A DNA stretch of 64,000 nucleotides from the human T2T-CHM13v2.0 reference genome, Homo sapiens. Made by a program: the position numbers and the translations under genes. The notes beneath the pieces are model-generated. The model ran no database searches and was not told the DNA's origin. It was given only the letters and a program-made list of their open reading frames with translations. The stretch lies in assembly GCF_009914755.1 (NCBI RefSeq), contig NC_060930.1. One strand, written 5' to 3'. Shown here piece after piece: positions 28,950 to 46,385 of this stretch; within the stretch, counting starts at the first letter, position 1; every line of letters starts with the position of its first letter.

Positions 28950-29750
28950 CTCTCCTGGGGTGATCCGATGTGGCTGGAGTTGGATGAGGGGGGGTGGCTG
29001 GGGATGGGAATGGGAATGGGATTGGGATAGCAGGACAGGGTCACATGGCCAAGGATCTTGAAGACCATCTCATGGAACTTGAATCTGATCTCTACACACT
29101 GGGGAGCCACGGTAGGGTGGGTTTTTTGTTTGTTTGTTTCTTGGTTTTTTGTTTTTTTGGTTTTACATAAGGAGGAGAAGAATGTGGTCTGATGTGTATT
29201 TTAGAAAAATAGCTCTGGCAGCAATATGGAGAATGTTTAGTGAAAAGAGAACCAGGCCCAGAGAGGTGGGTTAATTCAGCTCGGGCCAGAGGCAATCAAG
29301 GTCCGCACTTTGGCCACAGAAGTAGATACAGAGAGTGGGGGTGAATTGCAGACATACTCTAAAAGTATCCTCCTACCGTGGGGGCCGGGGGAAGGGACCG
29401 TTCTAGCTTGGTGACTCTGGCTAGTGATGCCATCGGTCATGGAAAGGACACGGGAGAAGGCAGATTGGCAGAGCCAGAAATGAGCCTGGCTTGAACATAG
29501 AGAGCTCAGAGGGTTAATAGGATCTAAGGAATAGTCTGTGTCTCCACTGGAAATACAGACACAGTGCTTCAAAGAAAGAGGCAGGAAGGTCACCCTGGTG
29601 GGTTTAAGGATATGGGTGAAGGCAGTCGTTAAACAAGAGACACAGGGATAGCTGGAAATCAGTGAGAAGACAGTGAAGGAAGACACCCCTGAAACACCCA
29701 CGTTAATGCAGCCGACTCCTAGCAGGGGTGCCTTCCAGGAGGCGGGAAGG
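28950..29750 (-). mobile_element. Degenerate L2 fragments
   Basis: gatgtggctggag, ggggagccac, tgtattttagaaaaatagctctggcagc are L2-like segments. Confidence 0.5.
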
Positions 29751-29869
29751 AAGGAGCAGCGGCATGGCAGAGAACGTCCAGAAAAATCCCACAGACACCG
29801 CTCGTAGCAGTGTTGGCACAGGGAGAAGGGCCTGGATGAAATGGGTTCTGAATGACATTTTCAGGTCTA

Positions 29870-30165
29870 CAGTTCAGATCAGTGGTTGCCAGGAGTTGGG
29901 GGAGGGGAAGCGTTTGACTGCAGAGGGGCAGGAGGGAACTTTTTGGGATAATGCAAATACCCTATGTTTTGACGTGGTAGTGATTCCATGGCTATATACA
30001 TTCTTCCAGACTCATAGACCTATTCACGTGTGTTGCCCAGGCTGGACTCAAACTCCTGGGCTCAAGCAATCCTCCCACCTCAGCTTCCCAAGTAGCTGTG
30101 ACTACAGGCTCATGCCACTGTGCCGGGCCTGTGCATAATTTAATTATACCTCAGTTAACAAAAAT
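29870..30165 (+). mobile_element. L1MC/ME-like 3' fragment with an antisense FLAM at about 30030-30129
   Basis: agatcagtggttgccaggag...gagggaactttttggga...aattatacctcag; Alu monomer inside. Confidence 0.65.
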
Positions 30166-30210
30166 GGGTGCTGAAGAGCTTGCTTTATATTCGTTAGAAT
30201 GGCCTCAGTC

Positions 30211-30546
<336 letters not shown>

Positions 30547-31005
30547 TAGAATGGCCTCAGTGATGGCCACTTTACTCCTGAGCTTTAGCTGGTGAAAGCC
30601 TTGGCTTAGGGATAAGAGGGCGGCTGGACAGTGCAGGCCCAGAGAGACTGGACCATCAGGGGAGGTGAGGGGTGACGGAGGTGCCCAAACAGAGCATGAA
30701 ATGGTAGAGTAGCTGAGAAGGTTAGCCTCAGTCACGATCTGTCCTGTCCTACCCTCTGCGGACTCTAAACCCCGCAGTAGTTCACCCAACAAATTCATTC
30801 ACTCGGCCAATGCTGCATAAGGCACTCAGCTCGGGGCTACAGGGAGCCCCAACTTTAAGAAGCTTTCTCTGCTTCAGGTAGTTTACAGGTGGTAGACGCA
30901 GATAGAAGTGAATTAGTAAAGAAAATAGTTTGGTGTAAAAATTGTGCATTTAACTGAAACCTTAATTCACTACTGAGCATTTAATAGCCATTAAATAAAA
31001 ACCAG

Positions 31006-31312
31006 GGCCCGCACAGTGGCTCACACTTACAATCCGAGCACTTTTGGAAGCCAAGGTAGAAGGATTGCTTCAGGCCAGGAGTTTGAGACCAGCCTGGGCA
31101 ACATAGCCAGACTTTGTCTCTACTTAAACAAAAATTAGCCAGGAGTCATGGCACGCACCTGGAGTCCCAGCTACTCAGGAGGCTGAAATGGGAGGATTAC
31201 TTGAGCCCAGGAGTTTGAGGCTACAGTGAGCTATGATCATATCATTGCACTCCAGCCTGGGAGATAGAGTGAGATCTCTGTCTCTAAAAAAATGAAATAA
31301 AATAATAAAAAA
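31006..31312 (+). mobile_element. AluJ-type element
   Basis: Alu consensus. Confidence 0.9.
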
Positions 31313-33646
31313 CACAATATAATTTAAAATCTTTGGAGTCACTAAACAAATATACAATGTGAATCTCCTCTCACTCCAGCTAACGCCACCATATCCAACA
31401 CTAGGTAAAGACCAAAGCCGTTCTGGAAAATCAGAATCTGTTGCCATGGCTCATGCCTGGACACCAGGCTGTCCGCTCCTGACGTCACTCTTTCACTTAC
31501 GACTTGTTAGAAAATGAATGCGTGGAATGGCCCTGGATAGCTGCTGCAGCTCCCTGGTTTCCTGAAGTGAGCCCTCTGTGTCATTATCTGGTCTTCTCAG
31601 CCCTCAGCCGAGTTCCTCCTGTGGCCACACACGGGGTCGCAGTGAGCGTCAGTGCACAGTGATGAAATCTCCTGGAACAGTCGGGTGTGGGGCATGAGGA
31701 AGGGAGTGGTGCCTGACTACAGAAGTTCCTGGAGGTCAGGAAACTCTCACTGGAGGCGGTGGCCCTAGAGGGCTGCTTTCTATGACAGAGCAGGAAGCTG
31801 CATGTGTAGTGGGACACACGCACCAGAGGGGCCAGGATCTCCTAATAAGGACTGGTATTTATTTTTACTTGACCCCATTCTGGGCCTTGCCACAGTCTGC
31901 TGAAATGCCTTGAACATTCATCACCCGTGTGGGAGACAGGATAGTAATTTCCTGCTGAGATGACTGAGGGGACGGGGAATGGGGACACCAGGGGGACTGG
32001 CTCCTGCAGGTGGGAAAATTCTAGCAAAATGAATCACTCTTCTGCTTAGTCACCCAATGTGCACTTATTAGGGTGCTGCTGAAATACATATTCATCTATC
32101 AACTCCAGAAAGATAGTCCAAACTGAGACCTCAAGATCAGAAAGCCTCCCATTCTCCTGCAGGGTTCATTCATTTACTCAGTGAATTATTAAATGCCTAC
32201 AGCACGCAGGGCCATCAGCCCCACAGCTATGAGAAAGATTCAGTCCTTCCCTCACAGGCCTTATGATAGACTCCAGTAAATAAAACCATACAGGCACAGA
32301 ATGCGGCGGGCTTTATAACAAAGGCAGAAAGCCCCTCTTGTGTCCTCAAGGGAGGCAGAGAAGCTCCCCTCTGGCTCTAGCTGGAGAATCCCAACCCAAG
32401 CAAGTCCATCCTTAAACAATAAACATCTCCAGCATTGCTGGCTTTGGAAGACCCCATGGTGAGATGCTGGAGCTTTTTTCCGCTCCAGATTTCGCTTCTA
32501 AATATTTACTTTTACTTTCCATGTTCACTTATAGGCCAGGGTTTTTTTTTCCTACCATTGAATTATTTCGTCATGTTCTATTTAATTATTGCTTTAATTG
32601 GCATTGGTGACCACAAATAATAATAAATACTATTAACTGGTGTAACAGCTTCACTAGTCTATTTCACTGTCCCATGCTGTTGTAACTGAAGCCCCCAGCA
32701 CAAGCATTCCCAGCTCGTGGTCATCTAAGACCTTTGAGGTCATTCTTACATGCATTGCTAGTGTTTTCCATATTCCTTGATGGTAGCCAATTTTTCCTTC
32801 TTAAAATAACTTTCTTCATTCCTAGTAAGCTTCATATGTATTTTATGTATTCTTCCCTCTTTTTTATGACGTGATACATATTATTGAAAGCTAGGAAATA
32901 ATGCAAGATTCTTGAACGACATAATACCACTTAGTACATCTTTTTGTAAGAGATAGTTTTTCTAATACAAATCTTTGATATGGGAAGAAACAAGCAAGTT
33001 GTTTTTTAAGGTTTTCCAACCCTATATTCTACTACAAATTACCCTGTTATGGTATGCTTCCAAAATTCTTTCAAGGATTATGGTTTATAGAGTTCAATAA
33101 ACCTAATAGTTTATAAAACTTCTCAAAAAATAATCTCATGCCAAAAATAATTTAGTAGTAGGTGGTCTTTGTCTTGTGGTCACATGGTTTTGATATTGTC
33201 TTTAAGTTTCTATAATTTACAAGGGCTGTTTAATCAGTTGGCATAAATTTCATGACAAAAATACTAATATGTAAGCAAAGTATATGAAACAATATTATTG
33301 AGAAGTAAATTACATTCCATGTAGAAAAAGACTAGAAAGACAACACCAAAACCTTAAATTAGACAGTGTTATTATGAGTAGCTTTTTTTCTTCTCTTTTT
33401 CCATATAGATCAAATTACTACATTGGGCGTATATCACTTTTATAACATGAAAATACAGTAAATAGGGCGATGATAAACTGCAAGTGCTTGGGGAGAATGC
33501 TTAACTCAGGCCAGTTGCAAGAGAGTGAGAACACACACGCAGCCTGTGGGAGCGGGCTCCATGCCATCACCTGGCCGGTCCTGGCTGTGTTGCTGTGTTT
33601 TCGCACCTCAAAAGTTGGGACAGCGAAGAAAGGCCATAAGAGCTAG

Positions 33647-34098
<452 letters not shown>

Positions 34099-34375
34099 AT
34101 CTCTCACAGTGTTTTTTAAAACAACAATGCATTTTCATAACAGTTGGCCTGGAGAGGTGTCCGACCAAGTTGGAATTCATAGTAGAATCCATTGGAAGTT
34201 AATTTTTGATGTATTTGACTGTTTTCCATTGACTTCGCATTGAGGCAATGAGAGAGACTTGAAGAACTTAGAATACGCACCCTTTTGTCACTGGCAAACA
34301 TGGGACATAGAGGCATGTCTTGACAGCAATTTGTGGCAACACTCTGGGCTGGAATCTAGGGGTTAGACAGCCTGG

Positions 34376-34578
34376 CCGGTTTTGTAAATTAGATAGCCAG
34401 GCCACCCTCAGAGTCAGTTTGAGGGTTGAGTGGGAAGCCTGAATAAAAAGAGAAGTTAAACTTTTAAGAAAAGGGTCAAGCTTTAAAACTGGAATTGGGT
34501 TTTCAAATTTAATGAGGAAAAAGAAACCCCAAAACTGGAATTGTAATTGTGGAGAAATACAACTGATAATATTTGGAA
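34376..34578 (+). repeat. 203-bp dispersed direct repeat, copy 1
   Basis: Aligns ungapped to 37364-37566 with 7 mismatches by eye. Confidence 0.95.
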
Positions 34579-34803
34579 TATCATCTACAAGGAATGAAAC
34601 TATCCAGAAGCATTTAGATGGTAGTCAGTGCCATGTAGGGCACCTCTGGGGGCAGGGTGGCTCCTGGCACTGTGGAGAAAGACGACTGGTGCTTCCTTCT
34701 CCCAATCGGAGGAAAGGGATACACTGTGGAGGTCCCAGCAGCTTAGGGCCTGCCCCCCATGTGGTTATCTCTGTGCCGTTTCCTTCCCTCTGTCTTCCTG
34801 TAA

Positions 34804-35176
<373 letters not shown>

Positions 35177-37018
35177 AACTACATGCTTTTTTCCTCCTGT
35201 CGGGATTGGCCTGGGCTGTACCTATCTCATGGTGGAAACCTGCCCAGGGACCAGGCCCTAGAAGACCAGCAGTTTATTTAACTGGGTTGGCCTTTGTCCC
35301 CACTCCCTGTGACCCGGCCCTGCCACATCTTTACCCAGGTGCACCACTGACATCATCGCTTGGCTGGACTCTGGAAAGCAGGAAACTGCTGGAGCGTGTT
35401 TGGGGCATCAGTGATGTCACCCGCTACGAATGCTGGGTGGGGTTACTGGACTGAGGGCCATGAAAAAAGAAAGCTGCGGCCCCGGCCCGTGGACTCACTG
35501 CCATTCTGCTCTTTCTCACGTTTCAGTTCAGCTCGGTTTGTTTTCCGTCCCCCTCCCTCTACTGTAAAAGTATGTACTCAGTGTTTCGTTTCCTGCTGGA
35601 TCTGATTCAGGTCAGTGATGAAGTTATTTGTGAACTCAGTGGGGAGGTGTTTCCTCCCCTTTGTACCGGCCCTACTTAGGGATGCACGGTTGGTTATACG
35701 CTTGCTTCACTCGGTTAGGCATGGAGGAGAATTCATTCAGCCCTCATAGGTTTAAATCAAATGCATGACCCTTCACATTTTCCAGAGATTTACGGCCAGT
35801 TACAATGAGACAATTAAACATTCACCCCCCCGCCAAGCTGCACTTGGAGATGTGTAAGCAGTAATGTAGTCATGCGCTCCCCATGATGTGAGAGCGTGCA
35901 GAACGCCACTCCCCCCAGCAGGTCCGCCAGGACCTCCGCAGGGAGCATCTTGCCTGCAAAATCACACATCCCTTTTTCCCCCTCTCTCCACTTTCCCTAC
36001 TACTTTTCCACTCCCACACCCACAAATAAACAAAGAAACCTTGAGCTTATTTTACAAAAGTCTTTGAAATGGCCCTCGTCTCTCCAGTGCTCCTGGGCCC
36101 TGGTTTGGCCCCATCTGTGCAATCTCTCTGATGAGTGTGAAATAAGCCAGGTTTGGCTCATGCTCTGCCGGTGAGCTTGCCCTCCCCATGAGCCTGTCCT
36201 CTCCATCTGGCCTCACTTTGTTTGTGTCCCTGTGTCCTTTGTCTCCCATCCTGGGATCCTGGTGGTTTCCTCCTCCCCTCCCAGCATGAGTCCTTTTCCC
36301 CAGGGTTCTTCCCTATCTCTACATCAGAATTTCCTGCTTTCTCCCAAATATGCATTTCCCTGGCCCAGGCATCCACTGCTTCCTCTCATCGTGAGGTCCC
36401 TGCCGCAGGCTGCTGATGGTATTGTGGCCATGCCTTCCTCCACAACCCAGGGAAAGCTACGTGTGTGTCTGTCCCATAGGGAAGGAGTCATCCCTGTCTC
36501 CTCAGTGTGGTGTGTTCAGGAGGAAGGAAAGTAACCAGCGTCGTTCTCAATTTCCAGAAACTGTTTATCATATTGACAAGAAGAAGAAAGCTTTGTGACT
36601 CATGAGAATGATGTTTTCCTCTCTGGTACATAAGGTTATCTAGGTCCAATCCATTTGTGTAGAGGATCTTCTCTCCCCTAGTGTGATATGCACTTATTTT
36701 TAGCACAAGTATAAAACTACTTTAAATGAAATCAGCCTCAGCCAGGGAAATATGCTGAGTAATAATGTTGCCAGGTACTATACCACTGAGTTGAGTTTGT
36801 AATTCACTGCTATTAATCCCTGTGTATTAGTTCTGATTTTTTACTCTTTGCATACATAGAAAAATGGTGTTTCTCTTCAGAGTCAAGGAGGGAAAAAAAG
36901 AAAAGATAAAAGATGCTTATAACACTTTTGTGTCCACCCCTAAAATCAGCATATTGATCTATTATTTTTTCTAGGTATTGATGAGATGTTGACTCATATA
37001 CTTTCATACAACTGGTAA

Positions 37019-37037
37019 TATATATATATATATAATA

Positions 37038-37078
<41 letters not shown>
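37019..37078. repeat. (TA)n/(TG)n microsatellite
   Basis: Seen directly. Confidence 0.95.
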
Positions 37079-37080
<2 letters not shown>

Positions 37081-37363
37081 TCATTTTTCTTCCACTTTCA
37101 TCTACAGCCTACTTGTTTTCTTCCCCCCATTTTTCGTATGGATTCATAGCATAAATTGACAACAAAGATACATCTCAATTTAGAGCTTCCAAAAGGCACC
37201 CATAAAAGTATCTGGTGCTCATGGAATTGCTCTTTCTTCTATGTCTCTTAGTTACACTTTTCTCTTATTACACTTTTCTATCCCAGCCATGGCTAAGAGG
37301 CGTATAATCAGAAGCAGCTAAGCAATATATGCAAGGGAAATAAAATGAATGCAAACCAAGATA

Positions 37364-37566
37364 CCGGTTTTGTAAATTAGATAGCCAGGCCACCCTCAGA
37401 GTCAGTTTGAGGGTATAGTGGGAAGCCTGAATAAAAAGAGAAGTTAAACTTTTAAGAAAAGGGTCAAGCTTTAAAACTGGAATTGGGTTTTCAAATCTAA
37501 TGAGTAAAAAGAAACCCCAAAACTGGAATTGTAATTGTGGAGAAATATAACGGATAATATCTGGAA
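37364..37566 (+). repeat. 203-bp dispersed direct repeat, copy 2
   Basis: Aligns to 34376-34578. Confidence 0.95.
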
Positions 37567-37634
37567 CTCGCGGCAGTTTACAGGCTTAACTATGTATGTG
37601 TTCCTTAAATTATCCACCCGCAGATATCAGATTA

Positions 37635-37835
37635 CAATAAGTCCTCACTTAATGTCATTGATAGGTTCTTGGAAACTACCACTTTAAGCAAAAAGACATG
37701 ATGCATATGAAACCAGTTTTCCCATAGTCTAATTGATAGGAAAAAGAGTTAAGTTATGCAGCCACACAGTACCTCGTTTGGCTTAAAGTCACTGTTTCCA
37801 AGAACCTATCCACAATGTTAAGTAAGGACTTACCG
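37635..37835. mobile_element. MER6-like TcMar-Tigger MITE
   Basis: Long inverted ends (taagtcctcacttaa...gataggttcttggaaac...actttaagc, and the reverse); TA flanks. Confidence 0.8.
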
Positions 37836-38358
37836 TATATGAAAATATTTGCAGTAAATTGCTTTTGAGAGAATTGGTTATCACACTCTTCTCTGGGTAT
37901 CATTGAAAATTCAGAATGTTTAATTACATCAGGCTATACTCACTGGTATAAAATCAGGGAGCAAGTATAAAGTAGGTGTAGGGAAATAATTTATGTTGGA
38001 TTAAATGATCCAATGAAGGGATTTTATTAAGCCCCTAGAAGTCCCAGAATGAAAATGTATAACTGCATGACTAACCCCTAAGAATTTGCTGGGGTTTCTG
38101 CATTAAGTACGCTTCCCAGGCCATTTGTAATGAAGGTACCGTGATCTGTTAAGGAAGAGACCTACAGCTGGGAACAAAAAGAGCCAATTCCATCCTAGAC
38201 ATCAGTCTCCTGTTTGACTCATTCCAACCCCAAGAATATGTTGTAGAGTGTAGGACCCATGAAAGTTACTTACTGTGCTTCCCTGTACCTTCCATCATCC
38301 AGTTCCCAGACATATCTGTGTTTCTTCTCTGAATGCCTAGTTACTTGGGATCCCATGC

Positions 38359-38735
38359 TGTATTGGTCTGTTCTCACACTGCTGTAAAGAACTACCTGAG
38401 ACTGGATAGTTTATAAAGAAAAGAGGTTTAATTGACTCAGTTTTACAGGCTATACGGGAAGCATGGCTGGGGAGGCCTCAGGAAACTTACAATCATGGTG
38501 GAAGGCAAAGGGGAAGCAAGCCCATCTTCACATGGCGGCAGGAAAGAGAGAGAGTGAAGGGGCAGTGCCACACACTTTTAAACAACCAGATCTCATGAGA
38601 ACTCACTATCACGAGAACAACAAGGGGGAAATTCACCCCCATGATCCAGTCACCTCCCACCAGGCCCCTCCTCCAACACTGAAGATCATAATTCATCATG
38701 AGATTTGGCTGGGGATACAGCGCCAAACCATAGCA
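38359..38735 (-). mobile_element. MSTA-like ERVL-MaLR solo LTR
   Basis: tg...ca ends, 5-bp TSD catgc, MST consensus blocks. Confidence 0.9.
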
Positions 38736-39636
38736 CATGCCTTTCCCAGGACTGGTGATGGAGGAACGGTGCCCTTGTCACACCTACCAGAATATACTCA
38801 CCCACCTCCAGACACTCCATTTCTCTTTCAAGCACACCTCTTCACTTGTGCCGCCAGCTAAGGTTTACTGCAGTTACTTCCTTTGTGTGTCCTCTTACCT
38901 TACCAAGTCGCCTCACCCACCATCTACTGTTAATTAAATTACCACCTCCCCCACTTCCCACCTCCAGAGTAGAGACTGTGTCTTCAGTTCTCTTGGCCTT
39001 CCCACAATGGGAAGTCCAGTGTAGAACATACCCTAGGAGCCAACTAAATGTGCTAGTGGCCTGCCAACCCTGCAGAGGGCTAGGGAATCTTCAAGGAGTC
39101 TGCTGCCAGTGAAACTCACCAGTACTAGAATCCCAGGCTCCAAAGAAGTCTAGAAAAGTACATCTTTTAAGGAGGTAATAAGAGGCTCAAGTGCCCACAA
39201 ATCCTATCTGCTCTTGGCCTAGTTCTTTTGGGATCAATGTGCTAGTCTCTCTTGTCGAACCAGTTACTGACCAGCAAGACTAAAAAACCAGGCCCAAACA
39301 CATTCTATTCATGTGCTTAGATATGGACCTACGGATCAAATATCCCACTGTAAAGCAAAACAGCAAACTGTTTTTCCCTTGTACTTTCACACTCAACAAT
39401 AGCACGCTTCTGTGGCTGGCTGTGTGGGGGCTTTTCCTTACACACCAAATATTTCTCACAAACACCAACCAGGTGTCCTCTTATTCAATTCAATCCTGAC
39501 ACTGTCTACCTGGAGATGGTGTCGGATCCCACAGATTGACGGCTCAGTCCCATGAGACCAGCCCCACTTCAGGCACTAATTGCAAATCCAGGCCATGCAT
39601 ACTTCTCTGACTGCCTGGCTAAAAACCGCGTTCACA

Positions 39637-40314
<678 letters not shown>

Positions 40315-40323
40315 TTACAGAGG

Positions 40324-41389
<1,066 letters not shown>

Positions 41390-42859
41390 CGCTTATGTGT
41401 GCCAGTTTATTATAGAAGACACAGATGAACACCAGATGAAGAGATGCATAGGGCATGGTCTGTGGAGTTGGGGTTCACCTCCCTCCTGGCACAAGGATGC
41501 CTTCACCAACCCAGAAACTCATCAAGTCTTGTTCAAGGATTTTTGTAGAGCTTAATCTCCACTCCCCGCCCTCCACCCTTCCTGGAGGTTGATGGGTGGG
41601 GCTGAAAGTTCCAGCCCTCCAATCTTCTACTTACTTGGTCTTTCCATCCTGAGGCTAGCTGGAGGCCCACCCCGTCACTCCATTACCTTAAGCTCAGGTG
41701 TTATTGAAGGAGCTCCTTATGAATAGAGCAAAATCACCCCTATCAGAAATTTCAAGAGTTTTAGGAAACCTGTGACTGGAACCAAGGACAAAGATGAAAT
41801 ATATTTTGTATGATAGCACACCCACCAGATTGGATCGTGGGGCCATATGGCCTTTAGTGTGGAAGCTGCTTGACCACATTTTCCGCCCATGCACTGCCAT
41901 TCTCATTTCAGGCTGCGTCATCATCATCATCACCATCACCTGTTCTTAGCAAAGGTCGCACACCTTCCAAATGCTTTGTATAGATTAGCTCATCACTCCC
42001 CATACTCACCCTGGGAGCATAGTCAGGGATAAGAGGTAGAGTTCTAGCGCTCTGTGGCTACTATGGTTTATGGGATCTTTGCGCAGGAATAACTGGACTT
42101 TAAACATCTTGGCTTTTCTTTTCAGTAGGTCAGTCGGCATGTACTCACAGGGCCGTGCATGCTGAGCATTGAGACACATCACAAGGGAGTGAAAACCTGC
42201 TGCCATACCCCCCCAGAGGCAGCAGGATGTTTGGATAAATAAGGCATAAACACCTGGAGAATTAAAGCAAGTACAATTAGTGCAGCCTTTGCCAAGAGAA
42301 AGGTGTAAGTGCTAAATGCAGTAGATGTTCAAATACGGCAGAGACCACAGTGGGCAGGGTAGGCCAAGAATGCTGCCTAAGGAGTGGGGCTTGGGGTGAA
42401 ACTGGGGCATTTGAGACACTGCAGGCCCATCACCCTGGCTGCGCCCTCCTGAGGGAGGCAGGGACTGAGGCGGGAGGCCTGGAGAGGTCTGTGCGTGAGC
42501 CTGGGGGCTCATTGATAAGGAGCTTCCAGTGGGGGCAATAACATTGGAAGTGGAGAGGATGGCATGTGTGCCGGGAGACGCAGTGGAGTGGAAGTCGCCG
42601 GAACTGACAAGGGATGGGATGTGAGCAAGGAGTCCAGGTGAGTCCTGGGGACCTGAAAGGATGGACCCAGAGAGATAAACGACTTCAAACCGGCACGGCA
42701 GTGAAGTGACTGACCCGCGAGTGCCCTGCACCGAGGCTGACATTTGACTTCCTGCCAAGTTGGCCATCAGACAGTTAGAAATCAATTTTGGAGTTCAGGA
42801 GAGAGGCCAGAGCTGAAAATTGGGGAGTTGTTTACATTGGGAGTGATATACAGTCTCTA

Positions 42860-43000
42860 CATTTCCATCCAGTTCAAAACATTCTTGCGTGTCTGCTATG
42901 CACTGTGCACTGAGGTTACCAAGACTGGAAAGACCCAATCCCTGTCCTGGAAGCTTAGTGTTGGCAGGAGGCAGACAAGCTGATACATGCAAACAAAGGG
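42860..43000 (-). mobile_element. L2 3' fragment
   Basis: aaacattcttgcgtgtctgctatg...ccctgtcctggaagctt. Confidence 0.5.
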
Positions 43001-44130
43001 CTCACAGGTGCCAGGATGCCAAGGGATACAGAAGAAGGATGGTTGCTTCTCTACCCAGGAGTGCCCTGAGGTGTCTTAAAAAGAGGAGCATTTATGACTC
43101 AGGCAGGGTGGCACATTCCAGACGGCAGTGGGCAGGAGCCTGACTCCAGAGCGCCTTAGAGGCTGCCGCTGGGAGTTGAGCTGGACCCTGAAGGCAGTAG
43201 GGTAAGCCATAAATTAGGGTTAAGGAACCAAGGGAATAAGGGGATCAGACCATTGCATAGCTCCAGCAGCACCATTACTAGCAGCCTGTGTGAATGATGG
43301 TCCCCTCTTACATGCCCACCATGCAAGGGCTCTAGGCCATTCTTCACTCTTTAATGCAGAAAAGCAAAACTTCCAGCTGTTTTCCCCTACCCAAAATGTG
43401 TGAGCCTGAGCCCAGCCCCAGGATGGATCTTGTCCTAGGTAACCAAGAAGGCCTTAAGTGTCAGAAGAGGTAGCTCCAGGCTGAATAAAGGGACAAATGA
43501 AGCATTACTGCACTGAGATCGCCCGTCGTGGGGTGGGTCTATACCCATCTAGTCATTAAGCCTCAATAATTTGGTTTCTAAATGGACTATTATTTGCTAC
43601 AGATCAAAAGTTGTTGGAAACTATATTACACAGATAAATAGAATTGTCCTGCAAATAAAGGAAGTAATCTCTTCTCTGTTTGAGATACCATGCAGTATTT
43701 GTCCAACTTGTACAAATAGTTCTGATCCATGAGAATCCTCCACTTTCAACTTACTTGCTGCTATATCCCAACTATTATAAGGCCATGGAGACCAGTAGCC
43801 TGGTTTCCATTATCTTTGCTCTGTTTTTTTTTATGGCATGGTTGACACTACCTCCAGTAGCAAAGAGTTAACTTGTCATCAGAGCTATAAAATCACAATG
43901 ATAAGTGAAAAGTTCTCTTTTGTACTTTAGCATCCAAGAGAAGTGTAATTCCCAACTACAATGCTCAAAATAATAGAGAGTTTTTACTTTGGGCCTGAAA
44001 ATACTTATAGGTCAGGTCTCCTAGTTGGGTCCATGCTGTTGTTGGTGTTCCCTCCCAAGTAAATACATACTGAATTTAGCAAATTATTCATTTGTGATCC
44101 TCTGTGCCATCTAAAAATATATATAGTTTA

Positions 44131-44476
<346 letters not shown>

Positions 44477-45543
44477 TTATGATAACGGTAACTGACTTTT
44501 TGTTAAAGCTGGTTTGGAATCTGGAGGTTATTTTAATTTTGATAACTTTATGATTTTAACTTTTAATTTTAACTTTATGATGTTTGTCATAAAAGAGTGG
44601 AATGTGCTCCTATTTTGAGATGGAAACATTTCGGCAGGGAGAGAGAAGAGAGACACCAAACCACCTAACAGCCAGGTTCCAAGGGGAGATTCATTCAGCG
44701 TCTTTGAAGCATTGTTAGTTTTCATTTGAGGCATAAATTGGAAACTTATATCTTTCTTTGGAGTAGGAAGTATTTCAGACAGAAAAAAAATGATTGCTAC
44801 AACAACATCACGAAAAAGAACAGAAGGTTTCATGAAGAGTAATAAAGTTAAGTTTATGAATTAGAGCTTCAGATGGGAAATCTTATTTGGACAGTAAATG
44901 GTTAATGGTACAGGGACACCATGATGGGGGATCTTTGCAGCATTGAAAAAACACGCGTCCATAAATCCTTCTCTAGCACTTCTTTGTGATCACAGAGTCA
45001 AGCTGAGGACAATGATGGAGTGCTCCAGTTCATCCGAAGTGCACGAGTCCCCTTTGCAGCAGACTCTGACATTCCCGGCCCCTCTCCGGAGTGTTATCAA
45101 CATGCAGTCAGTGCTCTCTACGTCATTACTTTAAAAACAAAAACTCGGCCAGCAGCAGTTCAGTACATCTTCAAAGATCTTGACTTGTAATTTTTTCCCC
45201 TGCATCTTCTCTATTGAGCACATGAACTGACATCTTTCTACCCCCAAATAATCAGTTCTTTCCCCCTAAATAAAATGGGTAATCCAAAAAAGACCCATCA
45301 AAAGGAAGCTAAAGATAGTAATGCCTAGGTAGTTTCGGGACCAGAATGATTGTCTCTAAATATGTACATGTACAGTGATTACGTGTTTAAAATGTTTAAT
45401 GACTTGGAGAAATAGTGTGTTGAGTGGAGAAAAATGAGATTTAGTAGAGCATAACGTCAACAGTGTAAAAATACATAGAAAAGCAAGCAGGAATAAAGGA
45501 ATGTTTAAATAAATTACAAAGATAAAAATTAAAACCGTAATTC

Positions 45544-45839
45544 AGCCGAGCCTGGTGGGTCATGCCTGTAATCCCAGCACTTTGAGAGGCTGAGGCAGGC
45601 AGATCACTTGAGGTCAGGATTTTGAGACCAGCCTGGCCAACGTGGTGAAACCTCATTTCTACTAAAAATACAAAAATTAGCCGGGCATGGTGTTGGGTGC
45701 CTGTAATCCCAGCTACTCAGAAGGCTGAGGCAGAAGAATCGCTTAAACCCAGGAGATGGAGTTTGCAGTGAGCCTAGTTCGCGCCACTGGACTAGACTAG
45801 GTGACAGAGGGAGACTCCGTCTCAAGGAAAAAAAAAAAA
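45544..45839 (+). mobile_element. AluS
   Basis: Alu consensus. Confidence 0.92.
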
Positions 45840-45847
45840 CTTAACTA

Positions 45848-46385
<538 letters not shown>

